A program made the position numbers and the translations under genes. Of a DNA stretch of 64,000 nt, positions 1-13,629 are shown piece by piece. The DNA comes from the human T2T-CHM13v2.0 reference genome, Homo sapiens. Location: NCBI RefSeq assembly GCF_009914755.1, contig NC_060928.1, one strand, 5' to 3'. The notes under the pieces were generated by a model. The model did not search any database. It was not told the origin of the DNA and was given only the letters and a program-made list of their open reading frames with translations. The stretch's first letter is position 1; the number at the start of each line of letters is the position of its first letter.

Positions 1-477
1 TAGTTTAAAACTTAATCCCCTTAAGTATAATTTAAATGTCAGGGAATAATAAATTGATTACTTACAAATGCAGTGAACTATTGATGTTCTTACAAGGCTT
101 TCATAATAGGATATAGGTGGAGAGTGAATCCTTTATATATATTATTAAATATAACATTTTATTTTAGAGTATTATAATAAAAGGTATTATCTATACATAT
201 TATAAGTTAGCTTTGTGTGCATTTATAAGTGAAATAAGAGAAAACCTCTTATAATATGTACAAACTCAAAGCTATTAAAATATCCATTTGCCCAAGTCAA
301 GACTTTCTGCTGTGTGCATAATAATATAAAGACAAGAGGTCTACTAAAAATCATTTTTAACCTTTTTCTTAACTGTACTTTACAAGTTTATACTTCAAAA
401 ATAGTAGGATATAGGGAATGTTTAACAGCAAATGAAAAAAAATGATGAATACCAGAGAACTGAACTATTGTTAACTA

Positions 478-820
478 ATTCATTCAATAATATATTCATT
501 GATCAACTAGTACGTGGTAGGCACTGTACTAGGTGATGTGGATGTATCAGTGACCCAAAACAGAAAGTCTCTGCTCTCTTGGAGTTTACAATCTAGTGGG
601 AAAGACTGACATAGCCAACTAACTAACTGAATAAATGTATAACGCTGTATGCTAGAAGGTGGCAAGAGCTATAGGAAAAAAATGAGGTAGAAAAGGAGGA
701 TACAGATTGCTTCGGGTGAGGTGAGTGGAAGTCATTAAGAAGATAACATTTGAACTAAGGTTCAAAGAATCTAGGAGACTCATAGAAGACATTTAGGGAA
801 AGAATGTGTCAGGTGGAAGA
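478..820 (-). mobile_element. L2 LINE 3' fragment
   Basis: Starts ATTCATTCAATAA..TATTCATTGA...GGTAGGCACTGTACTAGGTG, the typical reverse complement of the L2 3' end. Confidence 0.65.
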
Positions 821-914
821 AACCCCAAAGGAACCCCACTTAACAAAGAGCCTCATCTGTCGCAAACTACATAAACCTTTCCCCTGCTCCATTTACCCAA
901 ATGACATGAGATTT

Positions 915-1060
915 GTCATTTTTAAGATTGTATACTGTCTGTCTCCTCAACTCTAATGTAAGCTTAATGGAGACAAAATTTGTATCATTTTTATTCACAG
1001 TTGACTATCTGGTGTCTAGAACAGTGTGTAGCATATATTAAGCATTCAGCAAATTATTGT
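915..1060 (+). mobile_element. L2 LINE 3' end
   Basis: TGTCTGTCTCCTCAACTCTAATGTAAGCTT...TCTAGAACAGTGTGTAGCATATATTAAGCATTCAGCAAAT resembles the L2a terminus. Confidence 0.65.
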
Positions 1061-1074
1061 TTTTAAAAAGTTAC

Positions 1075-1530
1075 TTCAGCTATCAGTTAACAATTGCTCA
1101 TAACCACAAAGCCTCAGTAAAAAGCAAAAAGAAGTGTTATTCCCACAAATTTGCAGATCAGCTAGGACTACTTGGTTGTAAGCTCTGCTGGCTGGGGTGG
1201 TTTCACGGTGCTTCACAGGGCAGACTGGCCAAGTGGCTCTACCCTGTGTATGTTTCATCTTCTCTCAGCCACTGGACAAGCTGTAGCCCATTCTTTTCAT
1301 GGCAGTGGCGGAGGCTCAAAAGGACATGACAACCTACAAGCATATATCAACTGCCTGTTCCTATCACGTATGCTAAGATCCCACTTAGTAAAACAAATCA
1401 TGCAGATAAGCCCAAGTCAAGCGACAAAATATCCACTTCAACAGTTGTGTGAAGAACTACAAAATCATATAGCAGAGTATAGATGCAGGGAAGGGGGAAG
1501 GATTGGCACCAGCAATTCAATCCACCCTAC
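1075..1530 (-). mobile_element. Old MaLR LTR (MLT1H/I-like)
   Basis: TATCAGTTAACAATTGCTCATAACCACAAAGCCTCAGT... through ...AATTCAATCCACCCTAC follows the MLT1 LTR layout. Explains the ORFs at 1057-1633. Confidence 0.6.
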
Positions 1531-3507
1531 GTGCCCTTGTTTCTTCTCTTTTAATTCAGATGGAAAGTTGACCATAATCAGAATTGGCTACGAAAAAGAA
1601 GATTCTGCACGTTTATGCCTCAGGGAGTCATGACAAGGCCTTGCTGAAATAACCAATGCAGGGTAGATGGCTTTTATCAAGTGTTTTTCATTTCTTAACT
1701 TCTGAGCAAATGTAAGCATTCTTATTATTGCCTAAATCAGAAGATTTATGCAAAATCTATGTTCTTGAAACAGTGTAAGCCACTGTCAATTAAGTGTTTA
1801 CTTTTTGCAGCACATAAAGTAGTACAGGATTTTTGTCTTCATTTTTATTTTCCTGCTTTCTTCTAGTTAGAGGAAATCACAGACAAACCTGCTCTCGTTC
1901 TCAATAGGAACAGGGTCTGATAAATGTTTACAGAATCCTACTAAACATCAAACCAAAACAAGGTAGAAGACAATGAATTATAGGGAAATATTCATTTAAA
2001 TACATTCAACAAGCATACCTTGAGTGTCTAACATCTGCCAGGCATTATTATATTTACTTGGATTACAGTGAACAAACCACACAAAGAACTTGCCTAAACT
2101 TACATATCAGTGGGGGAGAGAGACAACAAACACATTATCCAGGCTAATCACTAAATCATGTAGAGATTTTATCAGGGCCTTAATCAAATGTTAATTTGAA
2201 TAAAGTATCCAAAAGCAGAAGAGAAATGTTCTCAGACTTTAGAAATTTTCATTCATTAAGCATGAAGGAGAACCCAAGAAAATTTATTTTAACCCAAGAA
2301 AATTTATTCAATCTTGAAGAGTGATCAACTAATAGAAGTCATTTGGGATCTCATTAAGGAAACTTAGAACACAAAATCTAAGGACTATGAAATACCCTCA
2401 ACAGTCATCACATGTCACGTATTGCAAGTTAGGAACCTTGATTTTGGTGAACTATTATCTCAGATTAGGAAAAATAGAAATGTTGATATAACAAGTGACA
2501 TCTATGTGCATCAAATTCAATTGCTGATAATGTTTTGATGAATTAAATTTCATTAGAAGTCATATAACTGGGGCATTATTATAAGTCGTCTTATGAATAT
2601 GAAACAACCAACACTTGAAGAATTTTGAGGATGGAGAAAAATGTTTGTTCCCACATATAACGAAATTTAAAATCTAGATTGAGCCAGTATCAGTTCAATT
2701 CACATTTTTCAATGTATATGGAAGGTGAAAAAACATCTCACCAAGTAAGAATGCCCTAGAGCTCCTACATGGCTCCTCTGTTGTCTTGGTTCCTGTTGAA
2801 ATGAAAGAATGATGCTTATGTCTTAGAGGAAGCCACACTATTTCGGTGTTGGCTGCCATCACCTTTTGCCTCCCTTCCTTTAGGTTCCTGCTTATGACAT
2901 CTCCACAGCCCTGTGGCTCCACCTCCCTCGACTCCTGGTTAGACCTCACATAATCTAAGATGGCTTTCTTGATACCCCAAGTCTGGCTTGGTTGCCAATC
3001 CAGTGTCTTCCATTAGGAACATATAAGTCAATATTGTAACACTGAGTACCCTGTATTTTAAGTATCTATTGACTTGATAACTTTCTTCACTAGTCTTTGG
3101 TGGTGGGAACCATGTCTTTTTTACTTGGCACAGTATTCACAATGGTATATAAAGGCTTTCAATAAGTAACTAAGAAAAACTGACATATTGTCTCATTCTT
3201 ATTCTAAAATAATTAATTTTAATCAACTGATTTTGGAATCTTTATATCATACTAGGATATCATAAAGCACAGTTTTCTCTAGGATTGGCCTCAGAAAAAA
3301 TGGGATTTGAAAAACATGAAAAAGAAAGGGAAATGAGGTGTAGTGAGTTGGCGTATTCTCATTCCTTATGAGTAAGTCAAGATTATAAAGTAGATTTGAC
3401 TGAATATTGTCCTATCATTCCTCATGTACTAGCTTAACTTTGTTCAGAAATCATTTTTTATGGAAGGCCATAGTCCCCTTCTGTATCATGTATGTAACAT
3501 GTATGTC

Positions 3508-3921
3508 TGCTATGGTTTGAATAGTTGTCCTCTCCAAAGCTTACGTAGAAATTTTATCCCCAATGTGGCAGTATTGAGAGATAGGACTTTAAGAGGCAGG
3601 GCCTTCATGAATGGATTCATCCATTCATGGATTAATGGATTAATGGGTTAATGGATTAATGTGTTATCATGAGAGTGGAACTGGTTAATAAGAAGAGGAA
3701 GAGAAGCCTAAGCTAGCACTCTCAGCCTCCTTGCTATGTGATGGCCTGAGCTGACTAAGGACGCTGCAGACAGTCCCCCACAAGGAAGAAGGCTCTCACC
3801 AGACGTGACCCTCAACCTGGAACTTCTCACCCTCCATAACTATAAGAAATGAATTTATTTTCTTTAAAAATTACCTACTATCAGGTATTCTGTTAATAAG
3901 CAACATAAAATGAACTAAGAC
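3508..3921 (+). mobile_element. MST-family LTR (MSTC-like)
   Basis: TGCTATGGTTTGAAT start, internal ATGGATTAATGG repeats, ends AACTAAGACA. Confidence 0.8.
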
Positions 3922-4627
3922 AACATCTATTTATCTTCTTAAACACAGACACACAAAATAAGGTGATGCTCCTTTCTGTCTCATATTATCATTAACATAC
4001 AAATACCTTTAGTTGTTTTCAATGATTTTTGCTGGAGAATTTTGTATCCTTTTTGTTTAACAGTAATGGAAAAGGGTTTTGTGCCTTTTTATAGCATTGT
4101 GCTCTAGTCAGCAGGTTTCTGATCCTATTGTACTTTCTTTTAAAGGCTTCACTTAAAGATTTTTCTTTGGTGGGTAAACTTAAGAGTGTGCCACCTGGAC
4201 CCAAGGGAGACTAAAAAATTAAATTATTTCACACTTACTGACCCCCAACTACTCCAGAAAACTAGGATATAATTGCTATAAATGATGCATGAAGAATATA
4301 AATGTATATACAATCCAGGCTATAACATTTTAATTGCTTAAGTTACTATACTATAAATTAAACAACATAAGTGTATCACAACAAATTTAAATGACTTTTT
4401 TATGTCAAATATTTCCCATTTATTAAAATCAGCCAAGATCTGGGATTTTTTTTTCAGACAAGATCTACTGTAGTTCTATGTTGTTACTTATTTTTCCCCA
4501 CCATTGCAGCAGTGCCTTGTCCCAACTACCCTCTCAACCTTTTACAGAAAGCATTAAAATCCATCTTCTTATCCCACAAAAATAATTCGTTTTGTTTTTT
4601 GTCTCAAAACCATCAACTGTCAACCAG

Positions 4628-4670
4628 AGGGGCCAAGAACTACTTTATGAAGAGGAAGATGAGGATACTG
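4628..4670 (+). ncRNA. Candidate small spliced exon (lncRNA?)
   Basis: Strong donor CTG|GTAAGT (4671-4676) and GAA-rich body. Start is ambiguous: possible acceptor AGs end at 4457, 4509/4512, 4547 and 4627. No transcript data. Confidence 0.3.
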
Positions 4671-4974
4671 GTAAGTGGACCAAGGTGTCACAAGACTACA
4701 TTTCACCTGATGGCCAGTCATGGGCAGGCAGGCATTATGGTATTTTTGGAGCTACTCAGGCACCTTAGCTAATATCATTAAAAGATATTTCTTCACTGAT
4801 GCTGATAAAGATATCATCTTACCGCAGTATGGTTTTATTTTTTTTCTTTTCCTCTCCTACATTAGCTTTACATCTGCTTACAATACATACAACTTACATG
4901 CATATATGTATGCATGTACTATATGCCCTTATATAATCACTAACAAAAAGGTGATATAGCTTTTAAATTTTTCA

Positions 4975-5590
4975 AAAGATCACCAAAACAGTTCATTAAC
5001 AAAAGTATTTCTTAAAGGGACACACAAATATGGAATGAGTGAGGGCAAGAAAGAAAACACTGTGGGAATGGATTAGAATTGGAGCTATTGATATGAAATC
5101 ATTACTATTACAATTTGTATGTGTGAGATTTCTCAAGTATGTGTGTTTGTGTACATAGGTATATATGTGTGGTTTTATATATTTATAAGTGTTTTATATT
5201 TGCAAATACATATATATTCATGAATACAGTTCCTAGTTCTGGCTGCTGTTAAGAAGTGAACACAGCCCAGTATCAATGAGCACACCTTGTGCCCAGAGCT
5301 TGGTCTTTGATACCATTTTTCACTAATATGATCCAGGGTTTTTTGCTGGGGCTGGGGCAGGGCATGCATAAGATGAGCCTAGTGTATTCTATTTCTCCAC
5401 AAAATATGAAGTGATTTAAAATACACATATCACAAGAACACAAAGTGAACATTTAATTTGCTACTATTAACCAAATCTGGGATGATATGAACACCAAAAT
5501 CATTAAGAACAGTGATACATTTTAAATCACTGAAGATATAGGTACTTACATATCCATGACTATAAAAAATGAATGAATAAATGGATAGAT

Positions 5591-5637
<47 letters not shown>

Positions 5638-6560
5638 GAGAGATAGATAGATAAGAGGGACATCTTTTGCCAACAGCAGAATGCTAAGGGATGAATGGTA
5701 AATGTGGAAGAGAGGATGACTGGTTAATCATCACTTCACAATCATTATAATAGATTGGATCAGAGAACCATTATCAATGGATAATAAATCTAGATGAAAA
5801 TTTTAATAACATTTTCACCGACTTATACTGTAGCTCAGAGACTGCTTCTAGTTGCAGTTGAGGCAGGGAAGAAAAGCAACAGTAATTATACAGTGGAAAA
5901 AACAGGCAACACCTTGATCAGATAATCAACAGCACCTATACAACACTTTGCAGATGCCATCCTGAATGAATAATCACAATATAAGCATGAGAAGGCATTG
6001 GAAAACATGGTATGATGAATATTTTATTCAAAAACAAAAGGCTGGGGAGATGGTATTCTTTAAAATGTCAATGTCATAAAAGATAAAGAAAGGTTATGTA
6101 AATGTTCCAGATTAAAGGGAGCTAAGGAGAAATAACAACTAAATATAATATCTAACTCTACTGATCCTGGACTGGATCTCATACTGGAAGAAGGAAACCA
6201 ATGAACATAACATTATTACATCAACTAACAAAACTGGAATATAAACAGATTAGCTAAAGGTATTAATATATCAATATAAATTTGTAACATTGATTATTGT
6301 GGTTATGTAAGAGAATATTCCTATTCTCATACACACAAAAGTAATTGGTGGTAAAGGCCATAATTAATATTAGTTACCTTTAAGTAGTTTGGAAAAGTTT
6401 GTATCCTATGTATCTATTGATAGAGATAGAGAAAATGCAAATGATAAGGCAATGGAGGTAAAATGTAAACAACAGGTGAATCACTTTAAAAAGTATACAG
6501 GTGCTCTTAGTGAGGTTTTATTTTCGCAACATTTTGTAAGTTTGAAATTATTTCCAAAAA
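4975..6560 (+). mobile_element. Old L1 3' region (L1MC4/L1ME-like)
   Basis: CAGCCCAGTATCAATGAGCACACC...GGCTGGGGCAGGG and terminal GGTGAATC...TATACAGGTGCTCTT...GTAAGTTTGAAATTATTTCCAAAA motifs. Confidence 0.7.
5584..5654. repeat. (GATA)n tetranucleotide STR
   Basis: About 12 near-perfect GATA units with imperfect flanks. Confidence 0.95.
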
Positions 6561-6779
6561 AATGATAAAATGCATTTCCTTGAACAAGAAAAAACTGTTC
6601 ATACTCTTTCTTTATTCAAAAGATTACCTGATTCAAAATGCTATTTGTTGTATCACTAGAGAAAAGTTTATAAAGTTAGTTGGAATCCATTGATAAGTAT
6701 TTAAATATGTTGACATCATAGTGCAATTTACAAGCATAGATACATTTTCTATACTTTGGGATAAATCACATCTACATTT

Positions 6780-6950
6780 TAATCTCAAGTCAGGTACTTT
6801 CTAGATTATTATTTTGGCAAAGTTATCTAAACTCTTAGAATTTAAGATTAAATGTCTGTAAAATGGGAATATGCCCTTCAAAAATATATTGGGAACATAA
6901 AAATGAAATAATATGTATGAAAAATATTGAATTGTTTCTAGCACCTTGTA
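6780..6950 (+). mobile_element. MIR fragment
   Basis: TTTTGGCAAAGTTATCTAAACTCT...TCTGTAAAATGGGAAT core. Confidence 0.55.
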
Positions 6951-7225
6951 GTCCATGCTCCGTCAGTCTTTTCACTTATTTTTTCCTAAAAAAGTGATAT
7001 TTTCAGTTTGATGTCAAACTGATGCATTTTAACTAAATAATACCCAAATCAATAAACTCAAATTGAAAGAAGTTGCTATTTTCATAAAAAATAAGTTATA
7101 TGCTTTGAAAAGTGTAAAAGGAACTCCCATAAATAGTCATGTCAAATTAAATCTGGATAAGACAACATAAGAAGAGAAAGTAAAAATTTCCTTTAAAGTT
7201 CTGAAGAATTCTACACTCTGATGAC

Positions 7226-7495
7226 TTTTTTTTTTTTTTTTGAGACAAAGTCTCGCTCTGTTGCCCAGGCTGGAGTGCAGTGGTACGATCTTGGCTTACT
7301 GAAATGTGCGCCTCCAGGGTTCAAGCGATTCTCCTGCCTCCGCCTCCCGTGGCGCGCGTGCCAGGACGCCCGGCTAAATTTTTTTTTTGTATTTTTAGTG
7401 GACACAGGGTTTTACTGTGTTAGCCAGGATGGTCTCGATCTCCTGACTTTGTGATCTGCCTGATTTGGCCTCTCAAAGTGCTGGGATTACAGGCG
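7226..7495 (-). mobile_element. Alu (AluS/Y-type), 5'-truncated with a small internal deletion
   Basis: Poly-T then GAGACAAAGTCTCGCTCTGTTGCCCAGG; approximate TSD TCTGATGACTTT/TCTGATTGCTTT. Confidence 0.95.
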
Positions 7496-9719
7496 TCTGA
7501 TTGCTTTACAAGGGTCCTTGGTTCTTGCTTCATTTAAAAAAAAAATAGAAACAGAAAATTAGAGTGACGCAAGGTGAGTGTGGTATATGCAAGAAAAGTA
7601 ATAGCAAATTGGTAAATTAAAGAAAAACGCTTGGTTCTAAATCAAAAGGGAGGCCAATTAATTCACAGATGCACGTTTGGAATTACAAAAATTATAAAAC
7701 ACGTAGGTATATTTTTAATGATTTCCACTTTAATTGGTTTTATGAATTAATCAATGACTGTCTGGCCTGATCTTGCCTGATAAGATCACCTAAAAAAATT
7801 CACTGCTGGCAGATTTGAAGTGAGGCAGGTAGTTTTATATACAAGTGGAAGAGCAAAAACTGGCAATAATTATTGGGGGGAAAGTGACCTTTAAAAACGT
7901 TAGTATGTATTGGACACTCACAGGCATCTATCCTAAATAAATTTTTTAATTTAGGGAAAGGCCTTTAGGTAAAAATGTTTAAAACTAAGTATATTACTTA
8001 TAACTAATTCCTGAAACTAAATGATGGTGGCTGTAATATAGACGCATACATATACACACATACTAGGATATATATCTATATGATAAAATATTATACAGTT
8101 ATCAAAATAAACTGAACATTTAAGAGGATAAAAATTCCTTAAAATATTGCTAAAATCACAGGGTATGTTACAAATCTGTATATAGAAAATGATTCTAAGA
8201 AGGGTAAGTGACCAAATTGTTGAATGAGTGATGATTTTTAACTCTGCTTCATACGTATATTGTCTTTTCCAAATTTATAGGTATAATGTTTCTGAGCCGG
8301 AAAAAAGTAAAAGGTTTTAAATTATTTTATTATAGAATAGTCTGAAAAACCAGATCTATAGCTTTAGTAAATGGATAATCGGATATTTTTCTAAGTTTTA
8401 AAATTTTCCTCAATTTGGAAGAATTTTACCTTAAAAAGTTAAACAAGGTGGCATACTTTTTGAAAAAAGAATTCCTTTTCTCTTCAGGGCCTTGTCTCTA
8501 TAGGCATAGTTAAAAATGTTGTAGAACAGAAAGAATGTATTCCCTACATTTGTATGAGGAGCAAATATTAAAGATTAAGGGACAAAAATAGGAGTAAGAC
8601 ATAGTCTATGATGAACATACTTTTAATATAAATTCATAATGAATATATAAGTTATCTCTTTTGTAAAATTTCTCTTTTAGATTTTATTGAATTACCTCTA
8701 TATTCTTTCAGTTACAACAGATTATGATTCTAAGACATTGTCTTCAAATCCGCTCTCAAATTTACCTTTGCACAAATAATCTCTCCTAATTCATTGCTCT
8801 GCAAGGAAAGAAGGAAAGGTCAACATTTAGATACCTTATAGATGCTCTCAGTTGCAACATCTTTTCCCCTGTGGTCCACAGTCCACTTTCAAATTCTAGA
8901 TGAGAGCTTTCAGAGGCTTTTACTTTCATGAGAAGTGGAAGTATTATTATTATCATATTTTTTTGTTGAAGCTTTGAGAAACTACCTTTTGGATTTTAAT
9001 TCTTATAATTGTATTCTCACTGTTTTATTTTGTTTTGTTTTCCTTTAGACACTAGAGCTTATTTCCCTCCTTGTTTAAATTGCTTTGCATTCTGGTCATT
9101 AATTGGCCAGTGTTGGGGGCTCACCATGTGTTTCACATAAAGTTGCCAGCTTTCTCTGGTGTTATATGACAGCCTCCTTGAAAGCTGAAGACAAGGTGCA
9201 TACACTTTGTCTAAAAAAAAAAAAACATGACTTGAACTGATGTAAATTTACAGTAGCCAAGGTTACAGCATAGTAGGGAACTCTTTAATACCTGAATGGA
9301 GGAGCAGTCATAAAGGACAACTTGCAAGGGTGAAATCTATTAACGTCTGTAACAGGATGTCAGAGCCTGCTGTGCATACATCTGGGAAGCTTCAGAACCA
9401 TGGGAGGAAAAAGATCAGGAAATCAGAGGCTGGTTAAATATTGCATTGCTCTCAATAGGCGAATCAAATTAAAAATAAATCTTGAAGTCTTGAATAAAGT
9501 AAACAGAATCACACCCTATAAAGCAAAAAGTGATTCTGTAGCTGGGAGAAGCTTCCTGTAGCTGTGTAAGTTTTATGTGAGGTCCCTAAATCTTCCTCTT
9601 TATAGAAATGTTTATGTCTAGACTTTTTCCAGGTCTTTTTTGTAAAAAAAAAAAAAAAAAAGCAATGAACCTCAAAAGATAGGATTCATAGACAGGATTA
9701 GAAAAAAAGGTGAACTTTT

Positions 9720-10166
<447 letters not shown>

Positions 10167-10190
10167 CTATATTTTAAAAACTCTTCCAAG

Positions 10191-10410
10191 ACAGAGTAAA
10201 ATCATGGAGAAAATGGAAGAACTGAATGCAGACATGAGAAGTTAAATCACAGAAGAAAAGTTAAGCAGGAACTTGAGAGAGGGATGAACTGTGACAAGTT
10301 GTAAGAAGGAAGACCAGGACTCACCAGGAAAATAATAAATTGTCCTTGATCGTACAAAAGAATGTGTTAATGGAATTTTCCTAATAAATGTGAGAGAATG
10401 TCAGCATAAA
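10191..10410 (+). ncRNA. Candidate terminal exon (lncRNA?), antisense to the TLR relic
   Basis: Pyrimidine tract 10145-10175, acceptor CTCTTCCAAG| (alternative CAG at 10192-10194), purine-rich body, AATAAA at 10334 and 10383. Confidence 0.35.
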
Positions 10411-10754
10411 TATTGATTTTAAAAACAACTTGAATTGTCTGACTTGTTTAAGAAGTTTCACTTCTAAATAAGCAAAAGAAAATAATTTCAAGAATTTGAA
10501 TATTATATAATACATTTGGGGAAATATATTTAGAGTTGCTCAAATAATTGTTGTTGATGGTGAGGTTAGAGTCATGTAACCCTGAATTAACATATTCTAC
10601 ATATTATATAAACTGTACCAAGGGCAATTTTGCTTCAGGACAAGTTAAAGGCAATGATAGTCTTATGTATATATTTTGATATCTCCATAGATAGTTGGAA
10701 AGAATATTTATCTTAACATGAATTTGGAAGTTTTGACCAGTGTGAGTCTTGACA

Positions 10755-11067
10755 CTTTATTTTATTTTATTATTATTATTTTTTTGAGACAGAATCTCAC
10801 TCTGTCGCCAGGCTGGAGTGCAGTGGCTGTGATCTTGGCTCACTGCAACCTTCATCTCCTGGGTTCAAGCAATTCTCCTGCCTCAGCCTCCCAAGTAGCT
10901 GGGATTACAGGTGCATGCTACCACACCCAGCTAATTTTTGTATTTTTAGTAAAAACGGGGTTTCACCATGTTGGCCAGGCTGGTCTCGAACTCCTAAGCT
11001 CAAGTGATCCTCCTGCCTCGGCCTCCCAAAATGCTGGGATTACAGGTGTGAGCCACTGCACCCGGCC
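10755..11067 (-). mobile_element. AluS (Sx/Sz-like)
   Basis: Full-length; TSD ACACTTTATT/ACACTTTAATT. Confidence 0.95.
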
Positions 11068-12039
11068 AACACTTTAATTCTTGAACAGATATTTTGGGGA
11101 GGATCAAAATCATGGAAAATTTTGGTACCAGAAAATTTACAGAACTTACTCTATATTTTATCCAAGGAAAAAAAAAAAGAACAGCTGGAAAAAGATTTCT
11201 CAAAAGGGAGATAAAATGTAAATGTTCTGATTACGTCATACAAAACATCTGTTTATTCGGCATTAAAAACAACACTCAAGTAAATTTCAAAACAAATTAC
11301 TTACACTATATATCACAAATATAATGCAATGACACTGGGAATTAATAAATAAACAAACAGAAATGTTGAAATTAACAAATACTCTCCGATTGAGTTCAGA
11401 AGAATGCTAAGGCCAAGAAGTAAATGCTGGAGGCTGGCATGGCCCTTGAAACATTTGAAGGGAGCCTCACATTCTGGCAGCCACTCTGGAAAGTGTTCCT
11501 GTGACAGAGTCTGCACCAAGTGGAGAAAATGTAGCAGGAAGAGTGACTTTCAATCCATTGATGTAATAAAGGCCATTTCCAGGTAAAAAGTGTGAAAAGT
11601 GGGGACACTTTTTTGTGACTGTCTTTGGCTCTCACAGGAAACATTTTAAATTATCCCCTTTGGCAAAGAGAAGTTGTTAACTACAATTGTGGCTGTCTCC
11701 GTCTTCCTCATAAGAAATCCCCCAAGAAATCATTAAATGGTCAAGAAAACTTATGCTAAATTTAAACTTTTTCAATAAAACTTCATCTTGGCCTAAGGGA
11801 TTTGGACTGTTGGTCAGACTCTGTTTCAGCATTCAATATGAGGAAAGCATATACTCTCACTGTGAGCACAAGAAAATAGAAAAATCATCAGATAGGTAAA
11901 AGGATACATTATTTTTAAAGGATAATTTTCTGTTGGGACATTAGAGTAATGCCTAAGGATAAAAAATTGTTTTGAAAATAATTTAATTTTTTCTCAAATT
12001 AAGAAACCAATGATGTCTGAAAGTATTATGTAATATGGA

Positions 12040-12880
12040 AACAATCTAAGACTTAGGAAATACTAAGACTATACAAAGATAAAAAAAGATTGATGAATAA
12101 AATCTGCAGTGGAGTCAATCAACAACAAATTGGATACTGCAAGAAATTAAGATTAACAAATTAGAAAATGGGAAATGATCCTTATGGAAAGCAAAATGGC
12201 ACTTGGAATAATTCAAGGAGAGTGTATTTTCTAAAGGGCTATTTACAAATGTGTGAAGATAGGGGAAGCCCAAGAGATAGAGCATCAACCTGGGAAGCAG
12301 AAGCAGCCACACTCCTGCTAAACCTGAAGGGACAAGTGAAAGGACTGAGCATTTGAATCTGAAGGGAAGAAATTGCACACTGAGGCCTGGGGCACATTGA
12401 GAGAGGGAGCTGGGTCATATGCACCCTGCTCTCATTCTGCTCCCTACCTCAGATCTCCTGAAGCCAGAGAGTGAGAAGCCCGTGGATATGTTTCATACTC
12501 TTCAGCCTCCCCAGGTAAAGTGAGGATAGAGAGAGATAAAGTAACAATAGTTCCATGTAGACCTGAGGGGGCACATGGACAATACCCAGCCCACAGCTAA
12601 AGAATTCTTTGAGAACAGATATTGTATGAAATACAGATGAAAAATGGACACAATCAAATTTAAAAAGTGGTAAGAACTCAAGGATAGAAAAGTAATAGAC
12701 AGAACAGATGGCAGGGGCAAGAAAAATAACAGAAATCTTTCCTAGATCAAGAAAGCTGATTCTGTAGCTCCAAAAGGTACACTGAATGTATCCAGACCCA
12801 CTAAAAAGTAAAACCAATAAAGAACATAAGAATAGGGGATTAGCTTTTTTAGAAGAACTGATATTAGCAAATAAACCCAT
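12040..12880 (+). mobile_element. HAL1/old L1 ORF1-like fragment, with a probable LTR fragment inside (~12190-12600)
   Basis: A-rich coiled-coil-like sequence (AACAAATTGGATACTGCAAGAAATTAAGATTAACAAATTAGAA). Family assignment is by resemblance only. Confidence 0.4.
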
Positions 12881-12903
12881 ACATGAATTAGTAAGTGCTT
12901 TTC

Positions 12904-13380
12904 TGCATGGTAGAGAATGCTCTCCTGTTCCCACTAAAAATGTTCCTGTGCTTTTCTCTAGTGCCTGTGAGTATAGTCCCTTACATGGTAAAACAGACTT
13001 TGTAGATGTGATTAAGACTTTTGAGATGGAATTATCTAGGTGATCCAAATGTAATCATAAGGAAGGTATAAAAAGGAGGCAACAAAGTCATAGTCAGAGA
13101 CAGATGCTTATGAAAGCAGAGGTTGAGATGGTGGTCTTTGAAAATAGAGGAAGAAGTCTTAAGCTAAGAAATGCAAGCAACCTCTAGAATCTGGAAAAGG
13201 CAAGGAAGTAGAGTCTCCCCTGCAGCCTCTAGAAGAAACATGCTTTGCCTGCTCATTGATCTCAGTCAGTAAGACCTATTTCAGACTTCTGCCCTCTGCA
13301 ACTGTAAGATTATAAATTTGTGTAATTTAAGCCACTAAATTGGTGGTGGTTTGTTACAGTGACAATAGGAAACTAATACA
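12904..13380 (+). mobile_element. MLT1D LTR
   Basis: CCTTACATGGTAAAACAGACTTTGTAGATGTGATTAAG...TCTAGAATCTGGAAAAGGCAAGGAA...GGAAACTAATACA. Confidence 0.85.
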
Positions 13381-13629
13381 CACTGCTATTTGATTTCTAT
13401 TATTATAGAAAATAATTATTTAAAATAATAATCATTAGAATATAATTATTCAATAATTATTAGCATAGTTATTCAATAATTATTAGAAAAATGCACAATA
13501 TTATGTATGTATATAACACATAACCCTGTAAACTGGACTGGCATATTCTCATGTGGAATCCAGTCCACACTATTATTATTATTTTGTTTTTTATTTTGTT
13601 TTTATATTGTTTTCATTTTGTTTGTATTA

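Noticed and set aside
1057-1633. Overlapping 90- and 153-aa ORFs
   Set aside because: Lie mostly within an MLT1 LTR, have non-ATG starts, and show no recognisable domain
11290-11462. Assigning the TLR relic specifically to TLR13 from the PSN.F.G..SLQ.LLLG match
   Set aside because: In TLR13 as I recall it this motif lies about 130 aa before the LRR-CT, whereas here it is about 400 aa before. The N-terminus fits the TLR11/12/19/20 type better, so no gene symbol is given
12449-13048. Longest ORF in the track (199 aa, hydrophobic)
   Set aside because: Antisense read-through of A-rich HAL1/L1-like sequence and MLT1D. Hydrophobicity follows from T-richness
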